Source: Desulfuromonadales bacterium
GTDB taxonomy: Bacteria; Desulfobacterota; Desulfuromonadia; Geobacterales; Geobacteraceae
Reading direction: 5' to 3'
Assembly: GCA_003712145.1 (NCBI GenBank)
Contig: RHLS01000006.1
Location: 47,253 to 111,252 of the forward strand
DNA: 64,000 nt
Of the stretch, positions 45,789-55,721 are shown in pieces. Both the position numbers and the translations under genes were made by a program. Positions within the stretch are counted from its first letter, which is position 1. Every line of letters begins with the position of its first letter. Below the pieces are notes generated by a model. That model was given only the letters and a program-made list of their open reading frames with translations, was not told the DNA's origin and ran no database searches.

Positions 45789-46802
45789 ATGGTTTCACGG
45801 ATGCGGATAGCGGCAACGGTCCTTGTGCTCACGCTCATGGCTACCCTCCCCGCCTTCGCCGCGCCGAAGGTGGTCGGGGTGGGCGCCATCGGCATGACGG
45901 TCGCGGACATGGAGCGCTCCGTCGCCTTCTACACGGAGGTGCTCGGCTTCCGGACGCTTTCGGACGCCGAGTTCCACGACCCCCGCTTCGACCGGCTCAC
46001 CGGGGTCTTCGGCGCCCGGGTGCGGGTGGTGCGGCTGGCCCTGGGGAAGGAGGAGGTGGAGCTGACCGAATACCTCACCCCCTCATGCCGGCCGGTCCCC
46101 CCCGACTCCCGGAGCAATGACGGGTGGTTCCAGCACATCGCCATCGTGGTGCGGGACATGGACGCCGCCTGGGAGCGGCTGCGCAAACACCGTGTGAAAC
46201 CGATCTCGGTGGCCCCCCAGCGGATCCCCGACTGGAACCGGGCCGCCGCCGGCATCCGCGCCTTCTATTTCCGCGACCCGGACGGCCATCCCCTGGAGCT
46301 TATCTGGTTTCCCGCCGGCAAGGGGGATCCCCGCTGGCAGGAGAAGACGGAGGGCCTCTTCCTCGGCATCGACCACACCGCCATCGCCGTCGGCGACACG
46401 GAACAAAGCCTCGCCTTCTACCGCGACACACTGGGGCTCGCCGTGGCGGGGGAGAGCCTCAACCACGGCATCGAGCAGGAGTACCTCAACCACGTCTTCG
46501 GCTCCCGGGTCCGGATCACCGGCCTCAAGGCGCCTGCTGGTCCGGGGATCGAGTTTCTGGAGTACGTCGTCCCCCGGGACGGCCGCCCCTACCCCGACGA
46601 TGCCCGGCCGTGCGACCTCTTCCACTGGCAGGTGACCCTGCGGGTGGAGGAGGCAGAGGGGTTCCGGGGGAGGCTCGCCGAAAGGCGGACCCGCTTCGTC
46701 TCGCCGGAGGTGGTCGATGTCACGAACCTGGGACTGGAGGGAGCGAAGGCCCTCATGGTGCGCGACCCGGACCGCCACGCATTGCGGCTGGTTGAGCAGT
46801 AG
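45789..46802 (+). CDS. Two-domain VOC (glyoxalase-like) protein with a signal peptide
   Basis: HIAIVV..., YFRDPDGHPLEL, IDHTAIAV, IEFLEY; N-terminal Sec signal (PAFA-A). Confidence 0.85.
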   Translation: MVSRMRIAATVLVLTLMATLPAFAAPKVVGVGAIGMTVADMERSVAFYTEVLGFRTLSDAEFHDPRFDRLTGVFGARVRVVRLALGKEEVELTEYLTPSCRPVPPDSRSNDGWFQHIAIVVRDMDAAWERLRKHRVKPISVAPQRIPDWNRAAAGIRAFYFRDPDGHPLELIWFPAGKGDPRWQEKTEGLFLGIDHTAIAVGDTEQSLAFYRDTLGLAVAGESLNHGIEQEYLNHVFGSRVRITGLKAPAGPGIEFLEYVVPRDGRPYPDDARPCDLFHWQVTLRVEEAEGFRGRLAERRTRFVSPEVVDVTNLGLEGAKALMVRDPDRHALRLVEQ

Positions 46803-46838
46803 CAGCAGACAACACGCCATCCGTTAATGGAGGAAACC

Positions 46839-48404
46839 ATGAACAGCGAGCGTTACGACGTCATCATCATCGGCAGCGGAGCGGGCGGAGGAACCCTGGC
46901 GCACCGCCTGGCCCCCTCCAGCAAGCGGATCCTCCTCCTGGAGCGGGGAGAGTACGTCTCCCGGGAGAAGGACAACTGGAACCCGCGGGCCGTGAACGTG
47001 GAGGGGAAGTACCAGACGAAGGAGCTCTGGCACGACCGGGACGGGAAGGAACTCCACCCCCACACCAACTACTGGGTCGGGGGGAACACCAAGTTCTACG
47101 GGGCGGCCCTCTTCAGGCTCCGGAAGGAGGACTTCGGGGAGCTTCGCCACCACGGCGGCATCTCCCCCGCCTGGCCTATCACCTACGATGAACTGGAGCC
47201 CTACTACACCCAGGCGGAAGAGCTCTATCAGGTCCACGGCCGGCGGGGCGAGGACCCCACGGAGCCGCCGGCGAGCGCCCCCTACCCCTGCCCCCCGGTG
47301 AGCCACGAGCCGCGGATCCAGGAGCTTTCCGACGACTTCGCCCGCCTGGGGCTGAAGCCCTTCCACACGCCGCTGGGGATCCTTCTGGACGAAGGGAACC
47401 CGCGCAGCCGCTGCATCCGCTGCAACACCTGTGACGGCTACCCCTGCCTGGTCTACGCCAAGTCCGACGCCCAGGTGCTGGCCGTGGACGAGGCGATCAG
47501 TCACCCCAACGTGACGCTCATGACCGGCGCCTGCGTGGAGCGGCTGGAGACGGGCCCGTCGGGGCGCGAGGTGACGAAGGTGATCGTCAGTCGCAACGGC
47601 GCCCGGGAGGAGTTCGCGGCCGACATCGTGGTGGTCTCCTGCGGGGCCATCAACTCGGCGGCGCTCCTGCTTCGGTCGGCCAACGACCGGCATCCCAACG
47701 GCCTCGCCAACGGGTCGGACGTGGTGGGGCGCCACTACATGGGGCACGTGAACTCCGTGCTCATGGCCATCTCCAAGTGCCCGAACCCGACGGTCTTCCA
47801 GAAGACGCTGTCCTTCAACGACTTCTACCTCGCCTCAAAGGAGTGGGAATACCCCATGGGGCACATCTCCTTCGTCGGCAAGCTCGACGCCGAGACCCTG
47901 AAGGCCGGCGCTCCGGCCCTCACCCCCGGCTTCACGCTGGAGTACATGGCGAACCACTCCATCGACTTCTGGCTCACCTCGGAGGATCTCCCGGACCCCG
48001 CCAACCGGGTAACCATCGACCGCCAGGGGAACATCGTCCTCGCCTACCAGCCCAACAACGAGGAGGGGCATAAGCGCCTCATCGCCAAGCTGAAGAACTT
48101 GATGCAACAGCAGACTGCGTGCCCCGAGCACGGCCATGAGTGCCACCAGGGGCTCTTCGCCCGTAACCTCTTCGTGGGGCAGCGGATCCCCCTTGCCGGC
48201 GTGGCCCACCAGAACGGCACGGTCCGCTTCGGCACCGACCCGCAGACCTCGGCCCTCGACCGAAACTGCAAGGCCCACGAGGTAGACAACCTCTACGTGG
48301 TGGACGCCAGCTTCTTCCCTTCGTCCGGAGCGGTGAATCCGGCCCTCACCGTCATGGCCAACGCCCTGCGGGTGGGGGACCACCTCCTGGCACGTCTGAA
48401 GTAA
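46839..48404 (+). CDS. GMC-family FAD oxidoreductase
   Basis: IIGSGAGGG, VGGNTKFYGA, CIRCNTCDGYPC, HQNGT, NPALT. Confidence 0.92.
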   Translation: MNSERYDVIIIGSGAGGGTLAHRLAPSSKRILLLERGEYVSREKDNWNPRAVNVEGKYQTKELWHDRDGKELHPHTNYWVGGNTKFYGAALFRLRKEDFGELRHHGGISPAWPITYDELEPYYTQAEELYQVHGRRGEDPTEPPASAPYPCPPVSHEPRIQELSDDFARLGLKPFHTPLGILLDEGNPRSRCIRCNTCDGYPCLVYAKSDAQVLAVDEAISHPNVTLMTGACVERLETGPSGREVTKVIVSRNGAREEFAADIVVVSCGAINSAALLLRSANDRHPNGLANGSDVVGRHYMGHVNSVLMAISKCPNPTVFQKTLSFNDFYLASKEWEYPMGHISFVGKLDAETLKAGAPALTPGFTLEYMANHSIDFWLTSEDLPDPANRVTIDRQGNIVLAYQPNNEEGHKRLIAKLKNLMQQQTACPEHGHECHQGLFARNLFVGQRIPLAGVAHQNGTVRFGTDPQTSALDRNCKAHEVDNLYVVDASFFPSSGAVNPALTVMANALRVGDHLLARLK

Positions 48405-48427
48405 CGTTTGCGAAAGGAGATTCTGCC

Positions 48428-49522
48428 ATGAGCACCATGAAAGCCGTTGCCGTCACCCCCGGCGTTGCCCGGAGCGCCCGCCTGATCCAGGTCCCGGTGC
48501 CGGAACTGTCCGCTGACCAGGTCCGGGTAAAGATGATCCGCGTCGGCATCTGCGGCACCGACCTGGAGATCGACCGGGCCGAGTACGGCCAGGCTCCGCC
48601 GGGCGAGGAGGACCTGATCCTCTGCCACGAGAACTTCGGCAAGGTGGAATCGGTCGGCGCAAACGTGAAGGGGATCGCCCCCGGCGACCACGTGGTCGCC
48701 ATGGTCCGGCGTCCCGACGACTGCCCCAACTGCCGCGCCGGCGAGCAGGACATGTGCATCACCGGCAACTATACGGAGCGGGGGATCAAGGGGCGGCACG
48801 GCTTCCTCTCCGAATTCTACGTGGAGTCCCCCGAGTATCTCATCCCCATCCCCCCTGAACTCAGGGAGGTGGCGGTGCTCCTGGAACCGCTGACCGTGGT
48901 CGAGAAGGGGATCCGCCACGCCTGGGCCGCCCAGGAGCGCATGCGGGCCTGGACGCCGCAGCGGGCCCTGGTTCTGGGCGCCGGCCCCATCGGGATGATG
49001 GCCGCGGTGGTGCTGCGGTTGAGGGGGCTGGAGACGATCGTCTACGCCCGCGACACGAGCCCGGTCATCACGGACCGGGTGGCGGCCATCGGCGCCCGGT
49101 ATATCCCCCAGCTGGACGAGAAGGGGGAGATGATCAACCACATCGGCGAGCTTCCCAAGCAGTGCGGGGGCTTCGATTTCATCCTGGAGGCGACCGGGGC
49201 CGAGCAGATTGCCCTGAGCGCCATGCGGATCATCGGCCTCAACGGCATTCTCTGCCTCACCTCGGTCACCGGGAGCGAGAAACCGATGGAGATCTGCCCC
49301 GGCTGCCTCAATCTCGAACTCGTCCTCGGCAACCGGAGCGTCTTCGGCAGCGTCAACGCCAACAGGGTCGACTTCGAGCAGGGGGTCAGGGACCTGGCCG
49401 CCGCCCGGGAGCGGTGGCCCGGCTGGCTCGAAAACGTCATCACGCGCCGCGTGCCGATCGACCGCTTTCGCGATTCCTTCGAGCGGGAGCCCGGCGACCT
49501 GAAGGTTGTGGTGGAATTGTAG
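48428..49522 (+). CDS. Zn-dependent glucose 1-dehydrogenase-like MDR enzyme
   Basis: GICGTD, CHE, RRPDDCPNC...DMC, VLLEPL, VLGAGPIG, GSVNA; resembles archaeal-type glucose dehydrogenase. Confidence 0.8.
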   Translation: MSTMKAVAVTPGVARSARLIQVPVPELSADQVRVKMIRVGICGTDLEIDRAEYGQAPPGEEDLILCHENFGKVESVGANVKGIAPGDHVVAMVRRPDDCPNCRAGEQDMCITGNYTERGIKGRHGFLSEFYVESPEYLIPIPPELREVAVLLEPLTVVEKGIRHAWAAQERMRAWTPQRALVLGAGPIGMMAAVVLRLRGLETIVYARDTSPVITDRVAAIGARYIPQLDEKGEMINHIGELPKQCGGFDFILEATGAEQIALSAMRIIGLNGILCLTSVTGSEKPMEICPGCLNLELVLGNRSVFGSVNANRVDFEQGVRDLAAARERWPGWLENVITRRVPIDRFRDSFEREPGDLKVVVEL

Positions 49523-49548
49523 CGAGAGAACGCAAAGGAGATGCACCA

Positions 49549-50079
49549 ATGGCCAGTCCCACGGTCATTGACGAAAATATCCGGCAGCTGCAGCAGGGGC
49601 TCGACCTGATCGCCCGGCTCACCGACCCGCTGTACCAGACCACCGTCGGCCCCTGCTTCAATACCGGCGTCGGAATGCACTTTCGCCACATCCTCGACTA
49701 CTACACCTGCTTTCTTGCCGGCATGGAGAGGATCATCGACTACGACGCCCGGGAACGCAACGAGCTCCTTGCCCGGGAACGCAGCCGCGCCATGGGAAAG
49801 ATCCGGAGAACCATCGACGAGCTGGACGTGCTCCGGTTTCAGTCAGGGCTCCTGGAAAGCCGCGTACTGGTCAGGGACAACGAGCAGGACGACGGCACGG
49901 GGAAACCTTCCCCCTGTCATTCCACCGTCGGACGGGAGCTGAAGTTCCTCCTCTCCCACACGGTGCACCACTTCGCCATCATCGCGATGATGCTTCGGAT
50001 CCAGGGATTCGAGCCCTTCGAGGAGTTCGGCATCGCCGCGTCAACCATCGAGTGCCGACGGCGCTATGCCGTGAAATAA
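49549..50079 (+). CDS. DinB-superfamily protein
   Basis: His triad: GMHFRHILDYY ... FLLSHTVHHFAII; AAGGAG RBS. Confidence 0.85.
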   Translation: MASPTVIDENIRQLQQGLDLIARLTDPLYQTTVGPCFNTGVGMHFRHILDYYTCFLAGMERIIDYDARERNELLARERSRAMGKIRRTIDELDVLRFQSGLLESRVLVRDNEQDDGTGKPSPCHSTVGRELKFLLSHTVHHFAIIAMMLRIQGFEPFEEFGIAASTIECRRRYAVK

Positions 50080-50090
50080 AGATAAAGAAA

Positions 50091-50232
50091 GAGGCTCCTG
50101 CAAAACGTAATGAGGAGGTCGGGATGCTAGGCGCAAGTGAGCGAGGAAGCGAGGCGTACCCATTGGTACGTTGAGCTTTCGAGAGAGCGGCAACAACGCA
50201 GACCGGCCCCGCAATAGTTTTGCAGGAGCCTC
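50091..50232. mobile_element. MITE E2, 142 bp
   Basis: Perfect 16-bp TIR GAGGCTCCTGCAAAAC/GTTTTGCAGGAGCCTC; flanking 4-bp direct repeat GAAA; central GAGGCGTACC-catt-GGTACGTTGAG hairpin. Confidence 0.8.
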
Positions 50233-50245
50233 GAAAGGATCTCCT

Positions 50246-50641
50246 ATGCTCAGTAAAGGACTAAAGACCATCAGTTGGATTCTGCGGATCGTGGCGGCCG
50301 TCATCCTCCTCCAGACCCTCTTCTTCAAGTTCACCGGCGCCCCGGAATCGGTCTACATCTTCTCCACCCTGGGGATGGAGCCCTGGGGCCGGATCGGCTC
50401 GGGGGTGGTGGAACTGGTGGCCTCCATCCTGCTCCTCATGCCCCGCACGGTGGCGGTCGGCGCCATCATCGCCCTCGGCACCATGGCGGGGGCCATCGGC
50501 GCCCACCTGACCAAGCTCGGGATCGAGGTGATGGGCGACGGCGGCACCCTCTTCATCCTCGCCCTGGTCACCTTCGCAAGCTGCGCGGTGGTGCTCTTCC
50601 TCCACCGCCGGGAGATCCCGGTGATCGGCGGCAAGCTGTAG
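50246..50641 (+). CDS. DoxX-family membrane protein
   Basis: LQTLFFKFTGAPES...GRIGSGVVEL...GAIGAHLT; four TM segments. Confidence 0.88.
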   Translation: MLSKGLKTISWILRIVAAVILLQTLFFKFTGAPESVYIFSTLGMEPWGRIGSGVVELVASILLLMPRTVAVGAIIALGTMAGAIGAHLTKLGIEVMGDGGTLFILALVTFASCAVVLFLHRREIPVIGGKL

Positions 50642-50672
50642 CCGCCACAACATCGAAACAGGAGGGACAACA

Positions 50673-50912
50673 ATGCACTTTCTCTGGTTTATCCTGATCG
50701 GAATCGCTGCCGGCTGGCTGGCCGGCCAGATCATGAGGGGTGGCGGATTCGGCCTCGTCGGAGACCTCGTCGTCGGTGTCATCGGGGCACTGTTCGGCGG
50801 TTTCCTGTTTGGTCTTCTCGGCCTCTCCGCCTTCGGCCTGTTGGGCCAGCTCGTCACCGCAACGGTCGGCGCAATCGTCCTGCTCTTTCTGCTCCGCCTG
50901 ATCAAGCGCTGA
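50673..50912 (+). CDS. GlsB/YeaQ/YmgE (transglycosylase-associated) membrane protein
   Basis: IGIAAGWLA...GDLVVGVIGALFGG...GAIVLL. Confidence 0.9.
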   Translation: MHFLWFILIGIAAGWLAGQIMRGGGFGLVGDLVVGVIGALFGGFLFGLLGLSAFGLLGQLVTATVGAIVLLFLLRLIKR

Positions 50913-50940
50913 ACCGGCCGGGGAGCCGAAGGAGTCGACC

Positions 50941-52779
50941 ATGGACGGTTCTTCTCAATCGACAGACATCTTCCGCATCGCCAACCCCTTCCGGGACCCC
51001 CTTCGCCGCGGCGCCTTCGCCCTGGCGGCAGGATTGGCGGAGCACCTCTTCGGCCTGCGGCGCTGCGCGGGACTCTACGGGCGGATAACTTCAGGAGATA
51101 AGGACGAAGGCTTCCCGGCCCGGGCGCTGGAAATCCTCGGGATTGAATGCGCCGCCCACCCTGCGGAGCTGGCCCAGGTGCCGGGCAGCGGCCCCGTGGT
51201 CGTGGTGGCCAACCACCCCTTCGGCGCCGTGGAGGGAATCGTTCTTGCCCGGCTGCTCCGCCAGATCCGTCCCGACGTGAAGTTTCTCGCCAACTACCTC
51301 CTGGGCCGCCTCCCCGAGATGCGCCACCTCTTCATCGGCGTCGATCCCTTCGGCGGACGCGGAGCAGGGGGACGAAACGTCGGGCCTCTCCGCGAAGCGA
51401 TCCGCTGGCTCCGGGAAGGGGGAATGCTCGTCGTCTTCCCGGCCGGCGAGGTCTCGCACCTCTCCATCCGGCGGCGGGAGGTGTCCGACCCCCGCTGGAG
51501 CGAGACCCTGGCCCGCATCGTCCGCCATGGCGGCGCTGCGGCGGTGCCGGTCCATTTCGCCGGGCGCAACTCTCCCCTCTTCCATGGCGCCGGGCTCGTT
51601 CACCCTCTCCTGCGCACCGCCCTTCTCCCACGGGAGCTCCTCAACAAGCGGGACTCGACGATCCGGGTGCGGGTCGGCACCCCGGTCCCGAACCGCAAGC
51701 TCTGCGGCTTCGCCACCGACCGGGAGATGGTCGCTTATCTCCGTTTACGGACCTACCTCCTCGGCAGCGCCAGCGAAACCGAAACCGGCGCGAAGCAGAC
51801 CGCCTCCCTCTCCGGATTCGGGCCCCTCGCCATCCCCGTCGAGCCGGAGCTTCTCGCGGCCGAGATCGGAAACCTTCCGGACGACCACTTCCTCGTCGAG
51901 AGCGGCCCCTTCCGGGTGGTCGTGGCGGAAGCAGGCCGGATCCCGGCAACCCTGCGGGAGATCGGGAGGCTGCGGGAGATTACCTTCCGCCAAGTGGGTG
52001 AAGGTACCGGCCGTCCCTCGGACCTGGACCGGTTCGACGCCCACTATCGCCACCTCTTCATCTGGAATCGGGAGAAATGCGAGCTGGTGGGGGCCTACCG
52101 GCTGGGAGAGACCGACACGATCATCCAGCAGTTTGGCATGGAAGGACTCTACACCAGCACCCTCTTCACCTACCGCGTCGATTTCCTCGACCGGATCGGC
52201 CCTGCCCTTGAGGTGGGGAGATCCTTCGTCCGACCCGAGTACCAGAAATCGTACACCCCTCTGCTGCTCCTCTGGAAAGGGATCGGCCGCTTCGTGGCCG
52301 CAAATCCCCGCTACCGGGTCCTCTTCGGGGCGGTCAGCATCAGCCGTGAGTACAGCGACCTCTCCCGGCAGCTCATCGTCAGTACTCTCCAGCAGGGGCG
52401 CCTCATCCCCGAGCTGGCCCGGATGGTCACCGCCCGGACCCCCCTGAGACTCAAGCCCCTCAGGGTCCGGGGTTGCGAACCGGCCGGCGACTGGCCCGCG
52501 GCCCTCGACCTGGAGGACGTTGCCGCCATGGTCGCGGACATCGAGGTGGATCATAAGGGGGTACCGGTCCTCCTGCGGCACTACGTCAATCTGGGGGGGA
52601 AATTTCTGGGCTTCAACATCGACCGGGAATTCAGCGACGTCCTTGACGGCCTCGTCCTCGTGGACCTCCTGGAGACTGAGGGAAAGACCCTGGAGCGGTA
52701 CATGGGGAAGGACGGGGCAAGGGCGTTTCTCGCCTGGCACTCCCGGGAGGGGAATGAGGCCGTGCGGCGGAGCGCGTAG
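50941..52779 (+). CDS. Bifunctional acyltransferase (PlsC-like plus GNAT/OlsB-like), OlsF-like aminolipid synthase
   Basis: N-domain ANHPFGAVEG and FPAGEVS; C-domain EIGRLREITFR.VGEG...DLDRFD, LEVGRSFV..EYQK. Confidence 0.75.
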   Translation: MDGSSQSTDIFRIANPFRDPLRRGAFALAAGLAEHLFGLRRCAGLYGRITSGDKDEGFPARALEILGIECAAHPAELAQVPGSGPVVVVANHPFGAVEGIVLARLLRQIRPDVKFLANYLLGRLPEMRHLFIGVDPFGGRGAGGRNVGPLREAIRWLREGGMLVVFPAGEVSHLSIRRREVSDPRWSETLARIVRHGGAAAVPVHFAGRNSPLFHGAGLVHPLLRTALLPRELLNKRDSTIRVRVGTPVPNRKLCGFATDREMVAYLRLRTYLLGSASETETGAKQTASLSGFGPLAIPVEPELLAAEIGNLPDDHFLVESGPFRVVVAEAGRIPATLREIGRLREITFRQVGEGTGRPSDLDRFDAHYRHLFIWNREKCELVGAYRLGETDTIIQQFGMEGLYTSTLFTYRVDFLDRIGPALEVGRSFVRPEYQKSYTPLLLLWKGIGRFVAANPRYRVLFGAVSISREYSDLSRQLIVSTLQQGRLIPELARMVTARTPLRLKPLRVRGCEPAGDWPAALDLEDVAAMVADIEVDHKGVPVLLRHYVNLGGKFLGFNIDREFSDVLDGLVLVDLLETEGKTLERYMGKDGARAFLAWHSREGNEAVRRSA

Positions 52780-52923
52780 GGATCAACGCCGGATATTCCA
52801 GGAAGGGGACATGACATCTCATGCCGGGAAGAGGAGGAGCCCCAAAGGGCCGTCCGTGTGACGGCTCACAACCGTCAAGCCTTCCCTCTTTGAGGGAGCG
52901 TTATGACATCAGGAGGTAAGAAC

Positions 52924-55059
52924 ATGAAGCACGAACCGAAAGGGCAGTTTGCGCAGGCCGCTGATCGACAAGGAAACACTCCAACGGCGAAGCCGGTCGA
53001 CCGGCATTTATTCCCGAAGAAGGTGGTCGGCACCCTGGCCGCTTTCCTGTTGTGTTGCGGAGTCGCTTCGGCTAATCAGGTTCAGGGGAACAACCCCACC
53101 AAGCTGCGCCAGTTCATCGACCAGCAGGTCAGCGGCATCCAGAAGCTGATGGTTCCGGCGAAGGATGCGGACCTCCCGCAGCCGCGGCTTCCCAATGGAA
53201 TGCCCGACCCGTTCTTCCAAACGACCGAGGCGAAGCGTTACCTCGGCAAACAACTCTTCCACGACCCGGTCCGGATGGTCAGAATTCGGCCGGAGTTCGG
53301 TGGCATCCCCGCCACCGCGCAGACCGCCTCCTGCGCCACCTGCCACCAGGGCGAATCGGCGTCGAAGGCCGGCACGCTGTTCAACTTCGCCGCCGGCGGC
53401 GAGGGGCGGCACTACACGGACGCGGAGGGAAACTTCATTCCGCGCCGGCGGCCCAACATGGCCATCCTCCCGATCCTGCGGCAGACCCCTCTCTTCCCCG
53501 GTGACGCACTGGTGGACGAGATCCCCACCCTCACGGACATCTACGAATTCGCGGTGGGGAGCCCGGCCCGGGGCCGCAAGCTGCCGGACCCTGGTCGGCT
53601 GCTGCGAACCGGTCGACTCGACGCCCTGGACAGCGTCGCGCGCAATGCGCCAGGCTGTATCGGCGCCGCCTTCAACAACCGCCTCCTGATGGGAGGGTTC
53701 GCCGGAGAGCCCGACGCATCGCCCGGGGGCCTCAATCCGTTCGGGCATCCAGCCCAGGAAAACATCGCGCTCCTGCTCCTCGATGCTCACCGGATGCTGG
53801 AAGCCCAGTCAGCTGAACTCCAGAAGTACGCGACCTATCGGAAGCTCTTCCGGGATGCGTTCCCCGAGGAGGCCGCCCAGGCCGACGCCGTGGGCGACTT
53901 GAACCTCCTGATCAACGACATGAACGTCTTTCGGGCGACGGCGACCTTCCTGCGAACCACGGTCACCCGGGACACCCCCTGGGACCGGTTCCTGGCCGGA
54001 GATAATCGTGCGCTGACGCTCAAGCAGCGCCGGGGCGCCAAACTCTTTTTCACGCCGGCGACAGAGGGTGGAGCCGGTTGCTACACCTGCCACAGCGGCC
54101 CGATGCTCAACAAACAAGTAAACGACCCCGACGTGGCCGGCGTCGGTCAGTTCGTGGAAGAGAACTTCCACAACCTCGGGCTCACCGACCACCCGCTCCA
54201 GGCCTTGAACAAAGTAGCGAGAAACGATCCCAACTTCCGCGATGACGGAAGGAGGGAAATCACGGGCCGTGACAGCGACGCCTTCAAGTTCCGCACGCTG
54301 ACGCTGCGGCAGCTCAAGGACGCCCGGTTCTTTTTCCATAACGGCTCGTTCACGAGCGTGAAGGCTGTGGTGCGGTATTTCAACGCCGGTGTGCCACAGG
54401 ACGCAGAGGCCGCTGCGGCAGGGACCCTCTCGCCCCGCTTCACGCACCCGCGCGGACCGGGCTCGCCTGCCGGCCTGGGCCTGAGCGACGCTCAGGTGGA
54501 CGATCTCGCCGACTTCCTCGAGAACGGCCTCTACGATCCCGCGTTCGTGCACTACAATCCCAAATCACCGACGAGGATGTTCCAGTTGAGCCCACCGGAC
54601 TTCCTCTATTCGGTCCACCGTCCGAATCTCGCGGCGCTGGGCGCCATTGACGGCCGGCCCCTCAGCGGCCTCCCGCAGGACAACAACGACGCCCTCTCCC
54701 GGCGCGACATGGGACTTGAGTTCCTGGACGTGACGGGGCAGATGGACAAGGCACTGAGCAACTCCACCCGCAGGGGCAACGGTCGGAGCCAGATAGACGA
54801 CTACAGGTTCACCAACAGCAGTTCGTCGATGGTGGACACGCACCTTCTCGTGGTCGTCAAAGGCCTTTCGCAGCAAAGCCGGCTGGACAACGCCAGCGGG
54901 ACCACGAGCGCCGGCGATCCCTATCTCCGCGTGTTCCTCCCCAATGGTGTCCTTCTTCCCGGCCAGAGCATCGACGTGAAGCTGTTCTTCAAGCAGCAGC
55001 ACTACGCGCCACCGCCGACATACTCGCTGACGCTCCTCTCGGGACAGGGGAACCCATAA
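52924..55059 (+). CDS. Dihaem cytochrome c peroxidase/MauG-superfamily protein with large inserts and a C-terminal extension
   Basis: LGKQLFHD, CATCH, CYTCH, FRTLTLRQ...FFHNGS; signal peptide; AGGAGG RBS. Confidence 0.85.
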   Translation: MKHEPKGQFAQAADRQGNTPTAKPVDRHLFPKKVVGTLAAFLLCCGVASANQVQGNNPTKLRQFIDQQVSGIQKLMVPAKDADLPQPRLPNGMPDPFFQTTEAKRYLGKQLFHDPVRMVRIRPEFGGIPATAQTASCATCHQGESASKAGTLFNFAAGGEGRHYTDAEGNFIPRRRPNMAILPILRQTPLFPGDALVDEIPTLTDIYEFAVGSPARGRKLPDPGRLLRTGRLDALDSVARNAPGCIGAAFNNRLLMGGFAGEPDASPGGLNPFGHPAQENIALLLLDAHRMLEAQSAELQKYATYRKLFRDAFPEEAAQADAVGDLNLLINDMNVFRATATFLRTTVTRDTPWDRFLAGDNRALTLKQRRGAKLFFTPATEGGAGCYTCHSGPMLNKQVNDPDVAGVGQFVEENFHNLGLTDHPLQALNKVARNDPNFRDDGRREITGRDSDAFKFRTLTLRQLKDARFFFHNGSFTSVKAVVRYFNAGVPQDAEAAAAGTLSPRFTHPRGPGSPAGLGLSDAQVDDLADFLENGLYDPAFVHYNPKSPTRMFQLSPPDFLYSVHRPNLAALGAIDGRPLSGLPQDNNDALSRRDMGLEFLDVTGQMDKALSNSTRRGNGRSQIDDYRFTNSSSSMVDTHLLVVVKGLSQQSRLDNASGTTSAGDPYLRVFLPNGVLLPGQSIDVKLFFKQQHYAPPPTYSLTLLSGQGNP

Positions 55060-55078
55060 CCGGGCGATATTTTAACCT

Positions 55079-55192
55079 CATTAGCACTGATCCTCCGCCA
55101 CCAAGATCTTTCCCCCTCCCTTGACGGGAGGGGGCTTGGGGGTGGGTAATGTTTCAATCGGCTGAATTTATGGCGCTTTCACCCCCACCCTC
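55079..55192. repeat. Truncated inverted copy of the 15858-16035 element
   Basis: TTAGCACT..CCGCCACCAAG..TCCCCCTCCCTTGACGGGAGGGGG..GGGGGTGGGTAATGTTTCAA..GCTGAAT..CTTTCACCCCCACCCT aligns with the reverse complement of about 15915-16032. Confidence 0.75.
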
Positions 55193-55265
55193 CGCCCTGG
55201 GGGACAGGAACCCGGGGGACATGTTATTTTCCTCTCCACGCAACACTGAAACACGGAGGTTCACC

Positions 55266-55718
55266 ATGAAAACGCTGTCATCACTCATGCTCGTCGGCCT
55301 CATGCTCGTCATCGCCGCCCCCATCGCCTGGGGGGCCAAGGGCGAGATCAACACCACCCTCATCGGCAAGAAGGCGATCAAGGGGTACGACCCGGTCGCC
55401 TATTTCACCGACGGGAAGCCGGTGGAGGGGAAGAAGGAGTTCACCTACGAATGGAAGGGGGCCAAGTGGTTCTTCGCAAGCGCGGAGCACCGCGACCAGT
55501 TCAAGGCCGACCCGGACAAGTACGCGCCCCGGTATGGCGGCTACTGCGCCTATGCGGTGGCCATGGGGAAGACCGCCGACATTGACCCAAAGGCCTGGAA
55601 GATCGTCGACGGCAAGCTCTACCTGAACTATGACCAGGACATCCAGAAGAAGTGGCAGGCGGACATCCCCGGATTCATCGAGAAGGCCAACAGGAACTGG
55701 CCCGGCGTCCTGAAGTAG
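55266..55718 (+). CDS. Periplasmic YHS-domain protein (Cys form of a family with Sec variants)
   Basis: Signal peptide; GYDPVAYF, WFFASAEHRDQFKADPDKYAPRYGGYCAYAV. Confidence 0.85.
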   Translation: MKTLSSLMLVGLMLVIAAPIAWGAKGEINTTLIGKKAIKGYDPVAYFTDGKPVEGKKEFTYEWKGAKWFFASAEHRDQFKADPDKYAPRYGGYCAYAVAMGKTADIDPKAWKIVDGKLYLNYDQDIQKKWQADIPGFIEKANRNWPGVLK

Positions 55719-55721
55719 CCC

